64,000 bases of DNA, from contig CBDATS010000004.1 in NCBI GenBank assembly GCA_965200245.1, forward strand, positions 512,001 through 576,000, in the 5' to 3' direction. The position numbers were made by a program, and so were the translations under genes. Positions 10,387-19,906 of the stretch are shown piece after piece; positions within the stretch are counted from its first letter, which is position 1, and the number at the start of each line of letters is the position of its first letter. Below the pieces are notes generated by a model, which was not told the origin of the DNA, made no database searches, and was given only the letters and a program-made list of their open reading frames with translations. Source of the DNA: a bacterium (lineage in GTDB: Bacteria; UBA8248).

Positions 10387-11550
10387 CTACAACCGCTTCA
10401 CGGCATCCGCGATCCGGTCCACGGCCCGTTCCAGATTCTCCACGCTGTTGGCGAAACACATTCTCAGGTGCCTGTCCGCATGAACCCCGAAGGCCGAACC
10501 GGGCAGAGTCGCCACCCCGACCTCGGCGAGCAGATAATCAGCGAAATCATCGGCACTCATGGGGATGCGGCTCACATTGGGGAAGGCGTAGAAAGCGCCG
10601 CCGGGGTATTGGCAGGATATGCCTTCCACCTCGTTGAGACCCGAGATGAAAATATCGCGCCTGCGCCTGAAATCGTCCATCATGGCACGGCTCTCGGACT
10701 GATCCTCCAATAGCCCCTTCGCCCCCGCCAGTTGAATGAAGGGAGGCACGCAACTGACCGAGTTGGTGATGAGTTGGGCGAGTGGCTCAGCAAGCGGCGC
10801 GGGGGCGGCAATGAAACCCAGACGCCAGCCCGTCATGGCGTATGTCTTGGAGAACGTCTCGAGCATGATGGTGCGCTCGCGCATCCCCGCAAGCGTACCC
10901 AGGGAGATATGCTCTCCCTCGAAGAGCATGTGGGCGTACACTTCGTCGGACAGGACGATGATGTCGTTCTCCACGGCGATTTCCGCGATGGCCTCGAGTT
11001 CGCTCCTCGTCAACGTTCCGCCGGTGGGGTTGTGCGGATAATTGAGGATGAGGAGGCGGGTCTTCTCGGTGACGCGCGCGCGCAGATCGTCCGGCGTGAA
11101 ACGAAAATTGTTTTCCTCGAGTATCGGCAGCGCCACGGGCTTCGCTCCCGCATAGAGTGCCACGGACTCATAGACCGGAAAGCCCGGGTCCGGATAAATC
11201 ACCTCGTCGCCCGGCCCGGCAGTGGCCATGATGGTGTAATACAGAAACGGCTTGCCTCCCGGACCGACCACGATCTCATCCGGTGAATAATTCCCGCGTC
11301 CATCGCGCCTGAGCCATTCACAAGCCGCTTCGCGCAACTCCAGCACACCGGCGGAGGGGCAATAGTGCGTCTTGCCCGCCTTCAACTGCGCATACGCTTC
11401 CTCGACGATACTCGGGGGCGTGTCGAAATCGGTATCGCCAATCTCGAGATGGATGATGTCCCGTCCCCGGCGTTCCATTTCACTCGCCTTGGCAAGAACC
11501 ACGAACGCGCTTTCTGTCTTGAGCAGTTTCATCCGATCAGCCAGACGCAT
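10387..11550 (-). CDS. class I/II PLP aminotransferase (aspartate aminotransferase-like)
   Basis: NYPHNPTG, SDEVY, FSKTYAMTGWRLG. Confidence 0.93.
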   Translation of the reverse strand: MRLADRMKLLKTESAFVVLAKASEMERRGRDIIHLEIGDTDFDTPPSIVEEAYAQLKAGKTHYCPSAGVLELREAACEWLRRDGRGNYSPDEIVVGPGGKPFLYYTIMATAGPGDEVIYPDPGFPVYESVALYAGAKPVALPILEENNFRFTPDDLRARVTEKTRLLILNYPHNPTGGTLTRSELEAIAEIAVENDIIVLSDEVYAHMLFEGEHISLGTLAGMRERTIMLETFSKTYAMTGWRLGFIAAPAPLAEPLAQLITNSVSCVPPFIQLAGAKGLLEDQSESRAMMDDFRRRRDIFISGLNEVEGISCQYPGGAFYAFPNVSRIPMSADDFADYLLAEVGVATLPGSAFGVHADRHLRMCFANSVENLERAVDRIADAVKRL

Positions 11551-11564
11551 TTTTCATCCCCGTT

Positions 11565-12170
11565 TCATATCGCCGAGTGAAGAGGCACGCCCGTCACGAC
11601 GCCACACCTCATGAGCACGTTCAACACTTCCGCAACAGGCAACCCTACGACGTTGGTGTAGCTTCCCTCCACCCTGTCCACGAGGCTCCCGCCCATACCC
11701 TGAATGGCGTATGCGCCCGCCTTGTCCATGGGTTCGCCGCTTTCGACGTAGCGTTCGATGGTTTCCCCGTCAATCTCCCGGAAGGATACCTTCGTCGATA
11801 TCGCCTCCTCATGGCGGGAATCCGCTCCCAGAAGGGTGAACGCGGTGATGACCTCATGCGTCCTCCCCGAAAGCAGCCCGAGCATGCGCGAGGCGTCGCC
11901 CCGGCTTGACGGCTTGCCCAGGATTTCTCCATCTAGGACGACCACCGTATCGGCTCCGAACACATGAGTGCCCTGGTTCATTTTCGCCACGAAGTTCGCC
12001 TTCGCCCCGGCGCGGCGCATGGCTTCGGCTTCGGGCCCGGGCAACGGCGCGCCGTCCTCCTCCACGTCCGGGGGTGCCCGGACAACGTCAAAAGCAAGGC
12101 CTGCATCCTGCAGGAGCCGTTTCCTTCGCGGTGAGCCGGAAGCCAGAATGAAATGCCGAAGCTGTCGCAA
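11565..12170 (-). CDS. maf: Maf family nucleoside-triphosphate pyrophosphatase
   Basis: ILASGSPRR, GADTVV, DKAGAYAIQG, GSYTNVVGLP; TTG start inferred. Confidence 0.92.
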   Translation of the reverse strand: MRQLRHFILASGSPRRKRLLQDAGLAFDVVRAPPDVEEDGAPLPGPEAEAMRRAGAKANFVAKMNQGTHVFGADTVVVLDGEILGKPSSRGDASRMLGLLSGRTHEVITAFTLLGADSRHEEAISTKVSFREIDGETIERYVESGEPMDKAGAYAIQGMGGSLVDRVEGSYTNVVGLPVAEVLNVLMRCGVVTGVPLHSAI

Positions 12171-12189
12171 GAACCGGCCCTGCAGAGGG

Positions 12190-13167
12190 CTAATTATCCC
12201 GATCGACAATATAGTCGGCGACGTCGCGCAACACTTCGACATGGCCGGAATCCGGCAAAATGGACAGGGCCGCCTTTCCCGCCTCCACGTATCCTCGCGC
12301 CCTGTCCAGGGTGTAGTCCACCGCGCCGTATTTCTGCATCATCTCGAGAACGTCATCCAGATCTTCCGCGTGAATTTCATCTGCGTGAACCACCAGATGA
12401 TTCAACCGCTCGAACTCCGCTTCCGTGGCCTGGGCGCAAACCCGGAGCAACGGAAGCGTCACGTTCCCCTCGCGCAGGTCCTCACCCACGGATTTTCCGA
12501 TTCTCTGCGAATCCCCCATATAGTCGAGGGCGTCGTCGACGAGTTGAAAGGCGTAGCCGATCTGCACGCCGAACTGATAGAGCGCGTTCACGATCGTGGG
12601 CGGGCTGTCGGGAATCAGGGCACCGACGCGGCAACTCGCGGCGATGAGGGTCGCCGTCTTGCGGTAGATGACATCGAGATATTCCTCTTCGCTGAGTTTG
12701 AGGTTGTACATGTTGACCAACTGGAGGACTTCTCCCTCGGAGAGCAGGGAGCAGGCCTCGCTCATGGTCTTGATGATTCGCAAGTCGGCGTCTTCGGCCA
12801 TGAGCGAGAAACTCTTGGCGAAGAGGAAATCACCCACCAACACGCTCGTCTCGTTGTTCCATTTCGCGTTGGCGGACAGGGTGCCGCGCCTCATCTGCGC
12901 ATCGTCCACCACGTCATCGTGCAGGAGCGTGGCCGTGTGAATGTATTCCACCACGCAACCCAGTGTCGCGGCGCGAGGTCCCCGGTAGCCGCAAGCCCTG
13001 GCGACGAGCACCAGGAGCATCGGGCGAATCCGCTTGCCTCCCGAACCAATGAGATAATCACTCACATCGGGAATCAAGACGACGTCTGAATGAAAATTCG
13101 CCTGAATCGCTTCTTCCACTTCCTCCATCTCGGAAGCGATTGAATCCGTAATCTCAGAAAATTTCAT
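12190..13167 (-). CDS. ispB: octaprenyl/polyprenyl diphosphate synthase
   Basis: GGKRIRP, LLHDDVVD, FQLVDDALD; GGAGGT RBS. Confidence 0.9.
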   Translation of the reverse strand: MKFSEITDSIASEMEEVEEAIQANFHSDVVLIPDVSDYLIGSGGKRIRPMLLVLVARACGYRGPRAATLGCVVEYIHTATLLHDDVVDDAQMRRGTLSANAKWNNETSVLVGDFLFAKSFSLMAEDADLRIIKTMSEACSLLSEGEVLQLVNMYNLKLSEEEYLDVIYRKTATLIAASCRVGALIPDSPPTIVNALYQFGVQIGYAFQLVDDALDYMGDSQRIGKSVGEDLREGNVTLPLLRVCAQATEAEFERLNHLVVHADEIHAEDLDDVLEMMQKYGAVDYTLDRARGYVEAGKAALSILPDSGHVEVLRDVADYIVDRDN

Positions 13168-13373
13168 CCTACCTCCGACCTGCGAGAGATACGCTGACGC
13201 GGGTTTTCCGTTCTCTTTGGCATTGTCCCCGACGGCCGAACCCGAAAGCAACTCCATTTACCGAGGGAGGTCCATGAGCGTCAAGGCGATGAAATACCCC
13301 TTTTCCTCAAGACGATGTTCGGCTATGTTGCCAGAAACAAGGCGATTATCCAATCATCGGGAGAGTTCTTGAT

Positions 13374-13751
13374 TTGAGCAGAAAAATTCGAATCGCCGCC
13401 GGTAACGTAAACATGGAAGCGGAACTTACGGAGAGTGAGACCGCAAGCGCTCTGTGGGAGGCCTTGCCAATCACGGGCGCGGCGAACGTCTGGGGCGAGG
13501 AAATCTATTTTCAGGTCCCGGTAGAGACGCCTCTGGAAACCTCCGCGCGCGAAGAGATGGAAGTCGGAGATATCGCCTACTGGCCTCCAGGCAACGCATT
13601 TTGCATCTTTTTCGGCAAAACGCCGGCAAGCGTGGACGATACACCTCGCGCGGCCAGCGCCGTGAATCCGTTGGGCAAGGTGAACGGAAACCCGAAAGAT
13701 TTTCTGAGCGTCCGACCGGGGGAGGAGGTTCTGCTGGAGAGAGCACCGTGA
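13374..13751 (+). CDS. cyclophilin-like fold protein (TM1367/DUF369 type)
   Basis: WGEEIYF, GDIAYWPPGNAFCIFFGKTP, PRAASAVN. Confidence 0.85.
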   Translation: MSRKIRIAAGNVNMEAELTESETASALWEALPITGAANVWGEEIYFQVPVETPLETSAREEMEVGDIAYWPPGNAFCIFFGKTPASVDDTPRAASAVNPLGKVNGNPKDFLSVRPGEEVLLERAP

Positions 13752-15001
13752 ACCCCAGGGATTCGAAAGACTTCTCCGTCCTCATTCATTACGATGAAAT
13801 CGGTCTCAAGGGAAAAAACCGCCCGCTTTTCATCGAGCGTCTTTCCAGAAGAATCGAACGTGCAGCGTCCCTGTTTTGCGAGGCGAGAATCAAAAAACGT
13901 ACGGGGCGGCTGATCCTCCAAACGAGAGGCCTCAAAGACAGCGACGCCCTGATTGAGGCGATCGGCAAGGTATTCGGCATTGCTTATTTTGCACGTGCCC
14001 AAAGGGTTCCACTCGACCTCGATGCGGTGGCGCAAACGGCACTCGAGATGATCGCTCCCCTCAAAACCGAAAGTTTCCGGGTGCGAACACGAAAATCGTT
14101 TCCGACTACGCCCGTCAGTACAAGGGAGTGGGACAGGACCATCGGCGCCAGGATTCAGGCCAGAAGACACCTGCCCGTCGATCTGGAACATCCGGGGCTT
14201 ACGGTTCACATTGAGGTCATTCCGAAAGAAGCCTGGGTGTACGTGGAGAAAATTCCGGGTCCTGGCGGCCTGCCTGTCGGCTCGCTCGGCAGGGTGGCAG
14301 CACTCCTCTCGGGCGGCATCGACTCACCCCTGGCCGCCTGGCGCATCATGAAGCGCGGCTGCGAAGTGGTGTTCATCCATTTTCATGGCGCGCCCTATCT
14401 CAGCCGCGCATCCGCCGACAAGGCGAAGGATTTGACCCACGTTCTGAACAGTTACCAATTGGGCAGCAGATTCTATCTGGTTCCGTTCGGAAACCTGCAA
14501 AAGGAGATCGTTCTCGCCACGCAGCCCGAATACCGCGTCGTTCTCTACCGCCGGTTCATGGCGCGCATCGGCGAGCATATCGCCGGGTTCGAAAACGCCC
14601 GCGCCCTCGTCTCGGGAGAAAGCCTAGGCCAAGTGGCGAGCCAGACGCTTCAGAATCTCGCCGCCATCGAAGATGCCATCCGGATACCGATTCTGCGGCC
14701 CCTGATCGGCATGGATAAAGACGAGATAATCGAAGGGGCGAAAAGGCTCGGCACGTTCGAGATTTCCATCGAGCCCGACCAGGATTGCTGCTCGCTGTTC
14801 GTTCCCAAGCACCCCGCCATTCGCTCCCACGCGAGACACCTGCGCGGGATAGAAGCCCGCCTGCCCGTTCCGGAAATGATCGACAAGGTAATCCAGGAAA
14901 CCGAAATCATCGATTTCGACGCAGGAGGCCGAACCAGGAAATGTTCTTTCGCCGAAATTCATCCCGCCCCCGACGAGATGGCCATATCGCCGAATGCGTA
15001 G
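13748..15001 (+). CDS. thiI: tRNA 4-thiouridine synthase ThiI (THUMP + PP-loop, no rhodanese domain)
   Basis: YDEIGLKGKNR, SGGIDS, GESLGQVASQT, DCC; GTGA overlap with upstream gene. Confidence 0.93.
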   Translation: MNPRDSKDFSVLIHYDEIGLKGKNRPLFIERLSRRIERAASLFCEARIKKRTGRLILQTRGLKDSDALIEAIGKVFGIAYFARAQRVPLDLDAVAQTALEMIAPLKTESFRVRTRKSFPTTPVSTREWDRTIGARIQARRHLPVDLEHPGLTVHIEVIPKEAWVYVEKIPGPGGLPVGSLGRVAALLSGGIDSPLAAWRIMKRGCEVVFIHFHGAPYLSRASADKAKDLTHVLNSYQLGSRFYLVPFGNLQKEIVLATQPEYRVVLYRRFMARIGEHIAGFENARALVSGESLGQVASQTLQNLAAIEDAIRIPILRPLIGMDKDEIIEGAKRLGTFEISIEPDQDCCSLFVPKHPAIRSHARHLRGIEARLPVPEMIDKVIQETEIIDFDAGGRTRKCSFAEIHPAPDEMAISPNA

Positions 15002-15342
15002 ACAATCGGGCGGATACACATCTCTCCGGGCAGGTCGCGATCTGACCCCACCGGAATTGCCGGGCAAATCAGGGAAAACAGGGCACCCCATCACCCGATT
15101 CGGAGAGTGGCAACCCGTGAATGATGCCGCCGACAGCGGCGCAAGTTGCTCGTTTTGGAGAGGTCACGGGTTGTCTGAAAATGTTTTCCAGATCAGCAAT
15201 TCACGCCGAATGAACATGCTATCACGCCATCGGTGAAACGTTTTTCCTCTCATTTTCCAAACCAACGTCTTACCTGGACTCAGGCCTAGAAAGAAAAGTT
15301 GCGGATAATTCCATTTTCCGCCTATGGTGGTATGCAACGACG

Positions 15343-15906
15343 TCAGTCTGTATTCGTGATTCCTTCCAACTCGAGGTTTTCCCCGTTCAGATCGACGGTA
15401 CTCGTGAGCGGAACCGCCGCCTGTACCATCTGTTCTGCGTAGCAGCCTTGTTTCGCAAGCCGAATAATGTTCAGAATTTTCTCTTTCGAATCATTCGATT
15501 CAACCTTGAAATGCGTACGCACATGCCGGCATCCTGAGTTCACGTCGCCCTTCAGGACGGACCCCTTCAGGTAATAATCGAATTCCACACGGCAGGTGGC
15601 TTTCTCGAAGGTTGTTTTCGTCATATGAGCGTACCGCCCAAGCTGTGTCAGGAGTCAGAATCCGACTCCCATGGCGATGTAAGTGAGAGGTTGCGGATAC
15701 CTGTCCTCTCCACCGATGCGAGGCGGCTCGTCGCTGAAAACTTCGAAATGCCGGAATCGCCCGATTTTCAATTGTCCATCGTCCATGGTCTCGGTCTCTG
15801 CGAGCATGGTGATCTCATAACCGTCTTTCGGCAGTTCGGGCTTATCGATTGGCCGTTCGCCAGGCACGGTGCTCTCATGCCAGGGATAATTGACGCTTTC
15901 CACCAT
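15343..15906 (-). CDS. OsmC/Ohr-like protein with probable selenocysteine (UGA at 15655-15657), 187 aa
   Basis: Two ORF-track pieces are in frame across one TGA: SDEPPRIGGEDRYPQPLTYIAMGVGF-U-LLTQLGRYA...AKQGCYAEQ; UGA is at the OsmC catalytic Cys position; SECIS-like hairpin follows. Confidence 0.85.
15626..15640 (-). promoter_or_regulatory. putative bacterial SECIS element (OsmC-like gene)
   Basis: UGGGCG-GUA-CGCUCA hairpin beginning 14 nt after the UGA; G-initiated apical loop. Confidence 0.6.
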
Positions 15907-15975
15907 GTTTGATTGTCCTCCAGGGTTGGGACGTGAAAGATTCCATTCCCGAAAATGATAGTCAACAGGGATACT

Positions 15976-16647
15976 TTAATCCCATTTCAGTACACGGATG
16001 TAACCCTCCTGTGGAATCTGGACGATCGCCTCCAGGCGTTCCTCTTTTTTGTGCATCTGGATGGTTTTGAGATGCGCATACGCCTCCCAGAGCATGTGGC
16101 GAAATGTGTATTCGAGGTTGAAATGAAACAAATCCTGATCGTCAGAGTCAATCCACACGCCCGTGCGATGGGCCTTGAGGGTGACGTTTTCGCGCCACCT
16201 GCGAACGTCTTCGCTGGTTCCCGGTCGGATCATTCCTCTCGGCACACGCTCTGTGATGTTTCTCCCGTTCCGTATCGACTCAGTCGTCTCAGTCCCCAAC
16301 ACCTCCCAGGCGAGGGCGAACGAATCGCGCATAACGCCGATAAGGTCTTGCACTTTCGGATAATATTTGTCTTTCATCATTCGCCCGTCGAAGCGCTTCA
16401 AGAGTGATTCATCGCGTGGAAGCGTGTCGCCGAATAGAATCGCACCCCAGCGAATCAGTAGCCAGCGGTAGGGCAGCGACGCTACGTGACTTACCTGATC
16501 CTGTATCGACCACAGCCCCCAACTCTTTTCCTCCCTCGTTCTACGCAGCGTCTCCTCTGAGAGATCATTCGTCTCTACCTCATACAAATCAGCGACTTGC
16601 AAGATTTCCGGGAAAAGCGTACGCGCTGCATTTCCTCGCAATTGCAT
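15976..16647 (-). CDS. DinB/YfiT-like superfamily protein
   Basis: WSIQDQVSH and C-terminal RHMLWEAYAHLKTI His pattern. Confidence 0.7.
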   Translation of the reverse strand: MQLRGNAARTLFPEILQVADLYEVETNDLSEETLRRTREEKSWGLWSIQDQVSHVASLPYRWLLIRWGAILFGDTLPRDESLLKRFDGRMMKDKYYPKVQDLIGVMRDSFALAWEVLGTETTESIRNGRNITERVPRGMIRPGTSEDVRRWRENVTLKAHRTGVWIDSDDQDLFHFNLEYTFRHMLWEAYAHLKTIQMHKKEERLEAIVQIPQEGYIRVLKWD

Positions 16648-16869
16648 GTTCCTGGTTCCTCCGCCTCAATGTGTATTGCGCCTCGTTCCCTAGCGGAACC
16701 CGACTGAAAAATATTTGGAAAAACTCCGTGAATTTCCTGCAATCACTCTTTGTATGAAATGACGGTTCATCATTTTACGCGCCTGCCCACCAAGCGCTTC
16801 ATTCCTCCAGAAAACCTGCCCGGCTTCGCCTGCATCTCCCAGCCTGAGAAGATGTCCCCCGCATCGGAA

Positions 16870-18012
16870 CTATTTTCCCTGAAGAAGACTGACCGTCCGT
16901 TCCAGTTCATCTTCGGTATTGTAAAAATGCGGCGCAAAGCGAAGAGCGTTGTTCCGGGCGCTAGCGATGACTCTGTTTTCCCGCAGGCGTGCCGCCGCCT
17001 TGTGCGGATCCGGAGATTCGATGCTCACAATAGCGGCGCGCTGTTCCCAGGAACGCGGAGTAAGGATCCTTTCTCCCTGCCTCTCCAACAACTCCATCAG
17101 ACAGGTGGTCAACCGTCTCACGCGTTCCTCTATGTGAACAAGCCCCACCCCCGCCAGGAACTCCACCGAACGTCCAAGCATCCAGAGGCCCAGATAGTTG
17201 GGATTTCCGATCTCGAAGCGATGGGCATCCGGGGCGAGTCCGACCTCCATACGGTCGATCATCTCGCGAACCATACTGGCACGGGCGAAGAAAGGAGGCT
17301 TCATCTCGGGAATCAGGTCTTCGCGGCAGTACAGAAAACCCGTACCCGGCAGACTGAGCAATCCCTTGTGTCCGCCGCAGACAACGATGTCCGCTCCGAG
17401 AACCGGCAGCGACGCCGACAGGATACCGATTCCCTGGATGGCGTCGGTCACCAGAATGATGCCACGCTCACGGCAGACCGCGCTCAGTGCGGGCAAATCC
17501 ACCCGGCAACCTGTCCCGAACGTCACGTAGGAGACCGATACGACGCGCGTTCGCTCATCCATCAGTTCGATTAACGCCTCAGCAGGTGGACAGCCTTCGC
17601 CGCTTCGCGCCCATCGCAACTCGACGCCCCTTTCTTCCAGGCGTCTCCAGGCGTACACCTGGTTTGGATGGTCGGTTTCCGCCTGGATTACGTTGTCTCC
17701 CGCCTTGATATCCAACGACTGCGCGGCGATGTTCAATCCTTCCGATGTATTCTTGATGAACGCGATTGTCCGCGGTGAGACGCCCAGAAGCGAAGACAGA
17801 GAAGAACGGATATCCTCCACGCGCACCCTAGAAAAAGCCTCGCGGACGCCGCGTTCGTTCATCTCCAGCAGGAATTCCGGAATGGCGTCCTGAGCACACT
17901 GGGGCAAGGGTGCCTTGTTGGCGATGTCCAGATAGGTCCAGTTCCGGGTAACGGGAAACGCTTCTCGCAGAGCCTTGAAATCAGGAGCAACCACTGCTTT
18001 TGTTTCGTTCAT
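16870..18012 (-). CDS. class V PLP-dependent enzyme (C-S lyase/isopenicillin epimerase-like)
   Basis: FIKNTSEGLN, DAIQGIG, GGHKGLL, RFEIGNPN, RFAPHFYN. Confidence 0.9.
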   Translation of the reverse strand: MNETKAVVAPDFKALREAFPVTRNWTYLDIANKAPLPQCAQDAIPEFLLEMNERGVREAFSRVRVEDIRSSLSSLLGVSPRTIAFIKNTSEGLNIAAQSLDIKAGDNVIQAETDHPNQVYAWRRLEERGVELRWARSGEGCPPAEALIELMDERTRVVSVSYVTFGTGCRVDLPALSAVCRERGIILVTDAIQGIGILSASLPVLGADIVVCGGHKGLLSLPGTGFLYCREDLIPEMKPPFFARASMVREMIDRMEVGLAPDAHRFEIGNPNYLGLWMLGRSVEFLAGVGLVHIEERVRRLTTCLMELLERQGERILTPRSWEQRAAIVSIESPDPHKAAARLRENRVIASARNNALRFAPHFYNTEDELERTVSLLQGK

Positions 18013-18026
18013 CCTGTATTCTCCCG

Positions 18027-18308
18027 TCACGAATATTCAGAATCGCGTTCTGTCGGTGAAGGAAAATCCATCCTGTGGATCACGCTTTGCGTGTGTCCGA
18101 ACGCCGGGATGACGAGGCTGTGCACTCCGCGCAGCTGATCCTCCGGGCGACAAAACGTCCTGTCGGGGTTTGGTTTCGCATCGTCGAGAAAACCGAGGCG
18201 AATGCCATCGAGCTGAGCGGGTCGCGCGGTTGGACAGACCTTCTTCAGAGGAGTGGGTACTTCCGATGGACCGAAAATCACCAGAGTCTGTCCAATCAAA
18301 GACTCCAC
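18027..18308 (-). pseudogene. truncated UGSC-family (seleno)protein N-terminal remnant
   Basis: ARPAQLDGIRLGFLDDAKPNPD resembles the UGSC-family N-terminus; the D-U-GSC region is missing. Confidence 0.5.
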
Positions 18309-18578
18309 TCCGTCGATCGCATGGATTCGGGCTCAACGCGATCCAAACCCTTGATTGGATGTCAGAGCGCATGAGGAAAGATTGAAAAAATCATCATACA
18401 TTCCGACGGATTGTGTCAACAAAGCTTCATCACCCCCCTCTACTCTCTACAGCCTGTCAAAGTTATCCGATGTTCTCCGGCCCTTCGGTCTGTCCGCCGT
18501 GAGCGAGACCTGGAGATTTTCCAGCCAGTTCGCTATGATTTTGTCTCGATTCAGATTTGTAACAGAGAGGAAACTGCG

Positions 18579-19607
18579 ATGCGGGCGATGGTGCTACACG
18601 AATGGGGAGGTCCCCTGACACTCGAAACCGTGCCCGACCCGGTGCCGGGCCACGGGGAAGTCGTGCTACGCGTACATGCCTGCGCGCCGGATCAGTTCGA
18701 CGTCACAATACGTGCAGGCCGTATCGGCGGAAAGCTGCCCCTTATCATGGGACACGAGATAGCTGGCGAGGTGGTCGCGCGGGGGCCGGGCGTCGAGGGC
18801 TGGGCAGAAGGCGAGCGCGCTATCGTCCACGCCTATCTAACCTGCGGTCAGTGCCGGTTTTGTGGTCTCGGCCGGGTGACGCTTTGTGAGAATTTCCGGG
18901 GTTATTTCGGTGTGCACATGGACGGCGGCTACGCCGATTTCGTGCGAGTTCCGGTGGGGAATCTGTGCGCCATTCCCGAAGGAGTGGGCTATGCGGAGGC
19001 CACGACCATCGTGAGCCCGGTGGCGACCCCGCTCAAGGCCATCAAGACGCGCGCAGGCGTGCGCCCGGGAGACGACGTGCTCATCGTCGGCGCTTGCGGA
19101 GGTGTGGGAATTCACGCGGTCCAGATCGCGAAAGCCTTTGGCGCGCGCGTCATCGCGGTGGACATCGATGACGACAAGCTTGTCCAAGCGCGGGATCTTG
19201 GCGCGGATCACGTGGTGAATGGACTGGAGGAAGACTTCGCAGAGATCGTTCTTGCGGTCACCGACTGGAAGGGAGCAGACGCCGTGCTGGAGTTCGTGGG
19301 CACGGAGCAGACCTTGCCGAAGAGCTTTGTCTCGCTTGCCAGGACGGGTGTCCTCGTTGTCGTGGGTTTTCAGCCGGGAGTGGTCTTCGCGAACGACCCC
19401 ACCCGCTTCGTGAATGACGAGATTACGGTAACCGGCTCGCGCTACGTGAACCACGCGGAATTGGCCGAGGCCGCCGCCTGGGTAGGCTCGGGCCGGATAA
19501 AGCCTGTCGTTTCGCGGACATACCCCCTGGCCGAGGTGGAAAAGGCACTCGCAGATATCTCTGAAAACCGGATTATCGGTCGCGCACCGGTTCTGATCGA
19601 TTCCTGA
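18579..19607 (+). CDS. zinc-binding medium-chain dehydrogenase/reductase
   Basis: GHEIAG, structural Zn motif CGQCRFC...C, GACGGVG. Confidence 0.92.
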   Translation: MRAMVLHEWGGPLTLETVPDPVPGHGEVVLRVHACAPDQFDVTIRAGRIGGKLPLIMGHEIAGEVVARGPGVEGWAEGERAIVHAYLTCGQCRFCGLGRVTLCENFRGYFGVHMDGGYADFVRVPVGNLCAIPEGVGYAEATTIVSPVATPLKAIKTRAGVRPGDDVLIVGACGGVGIHAVQIAKAFGARVIAVDIDDDKLVQARDLGADHVVNGLEEDFAEIVLAVTDWKGADAVLEFVGTEQTLPKSFVSLARTGVLVVVGFQPGVVFANDPTRFVNDEITVTGSRYVNHAELAEAAAWVGSGRIKPVVSRTYPLAEVEKALADISENRIIGRAPVLIDS

Positions 19608-19906
19608 GGCCGCATCCTGTGTGGCTCGACGCAGGGGCGGCTACGTGTCCGCTCTTGCCTTGCCGTCCTGAAGACGCGGGAAGTTGGCAACGCTTGCCGG
19701 CCTCCAGAAGATCAGGGAGTCGTAGGGGGATTGCAAGGTTGGCTTCGCGCCAGCTTGAGCAGAATACCAATAAAGCGTTTTGACGGCTTTTCCCGGTTCC
19801 ATCTTCTCCAGAATCCCGGAACTTTGCTCAGGTGAGCGATAACCCTCCCATAGCCCCTCGCCGACCGGACTGATCGGAGACTTCCCCTGACCGGAAAAGT
19901 GCGACC

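Noticed and set aside
6513-10483. Long plus-strand ORFs (6513-8111, 8130-9599, 9506-10483; likewise 11968-13089, 42520-43713, 61298-62848)
   Set aside because: Antisense shadows of well-supported GC-rich genes, without motifs.
18027-18029. TGA ending the UGSC-like fragment as Sec
   Set aside because: Not followed by GSC; another stop follows five codons later and the next gene starts.
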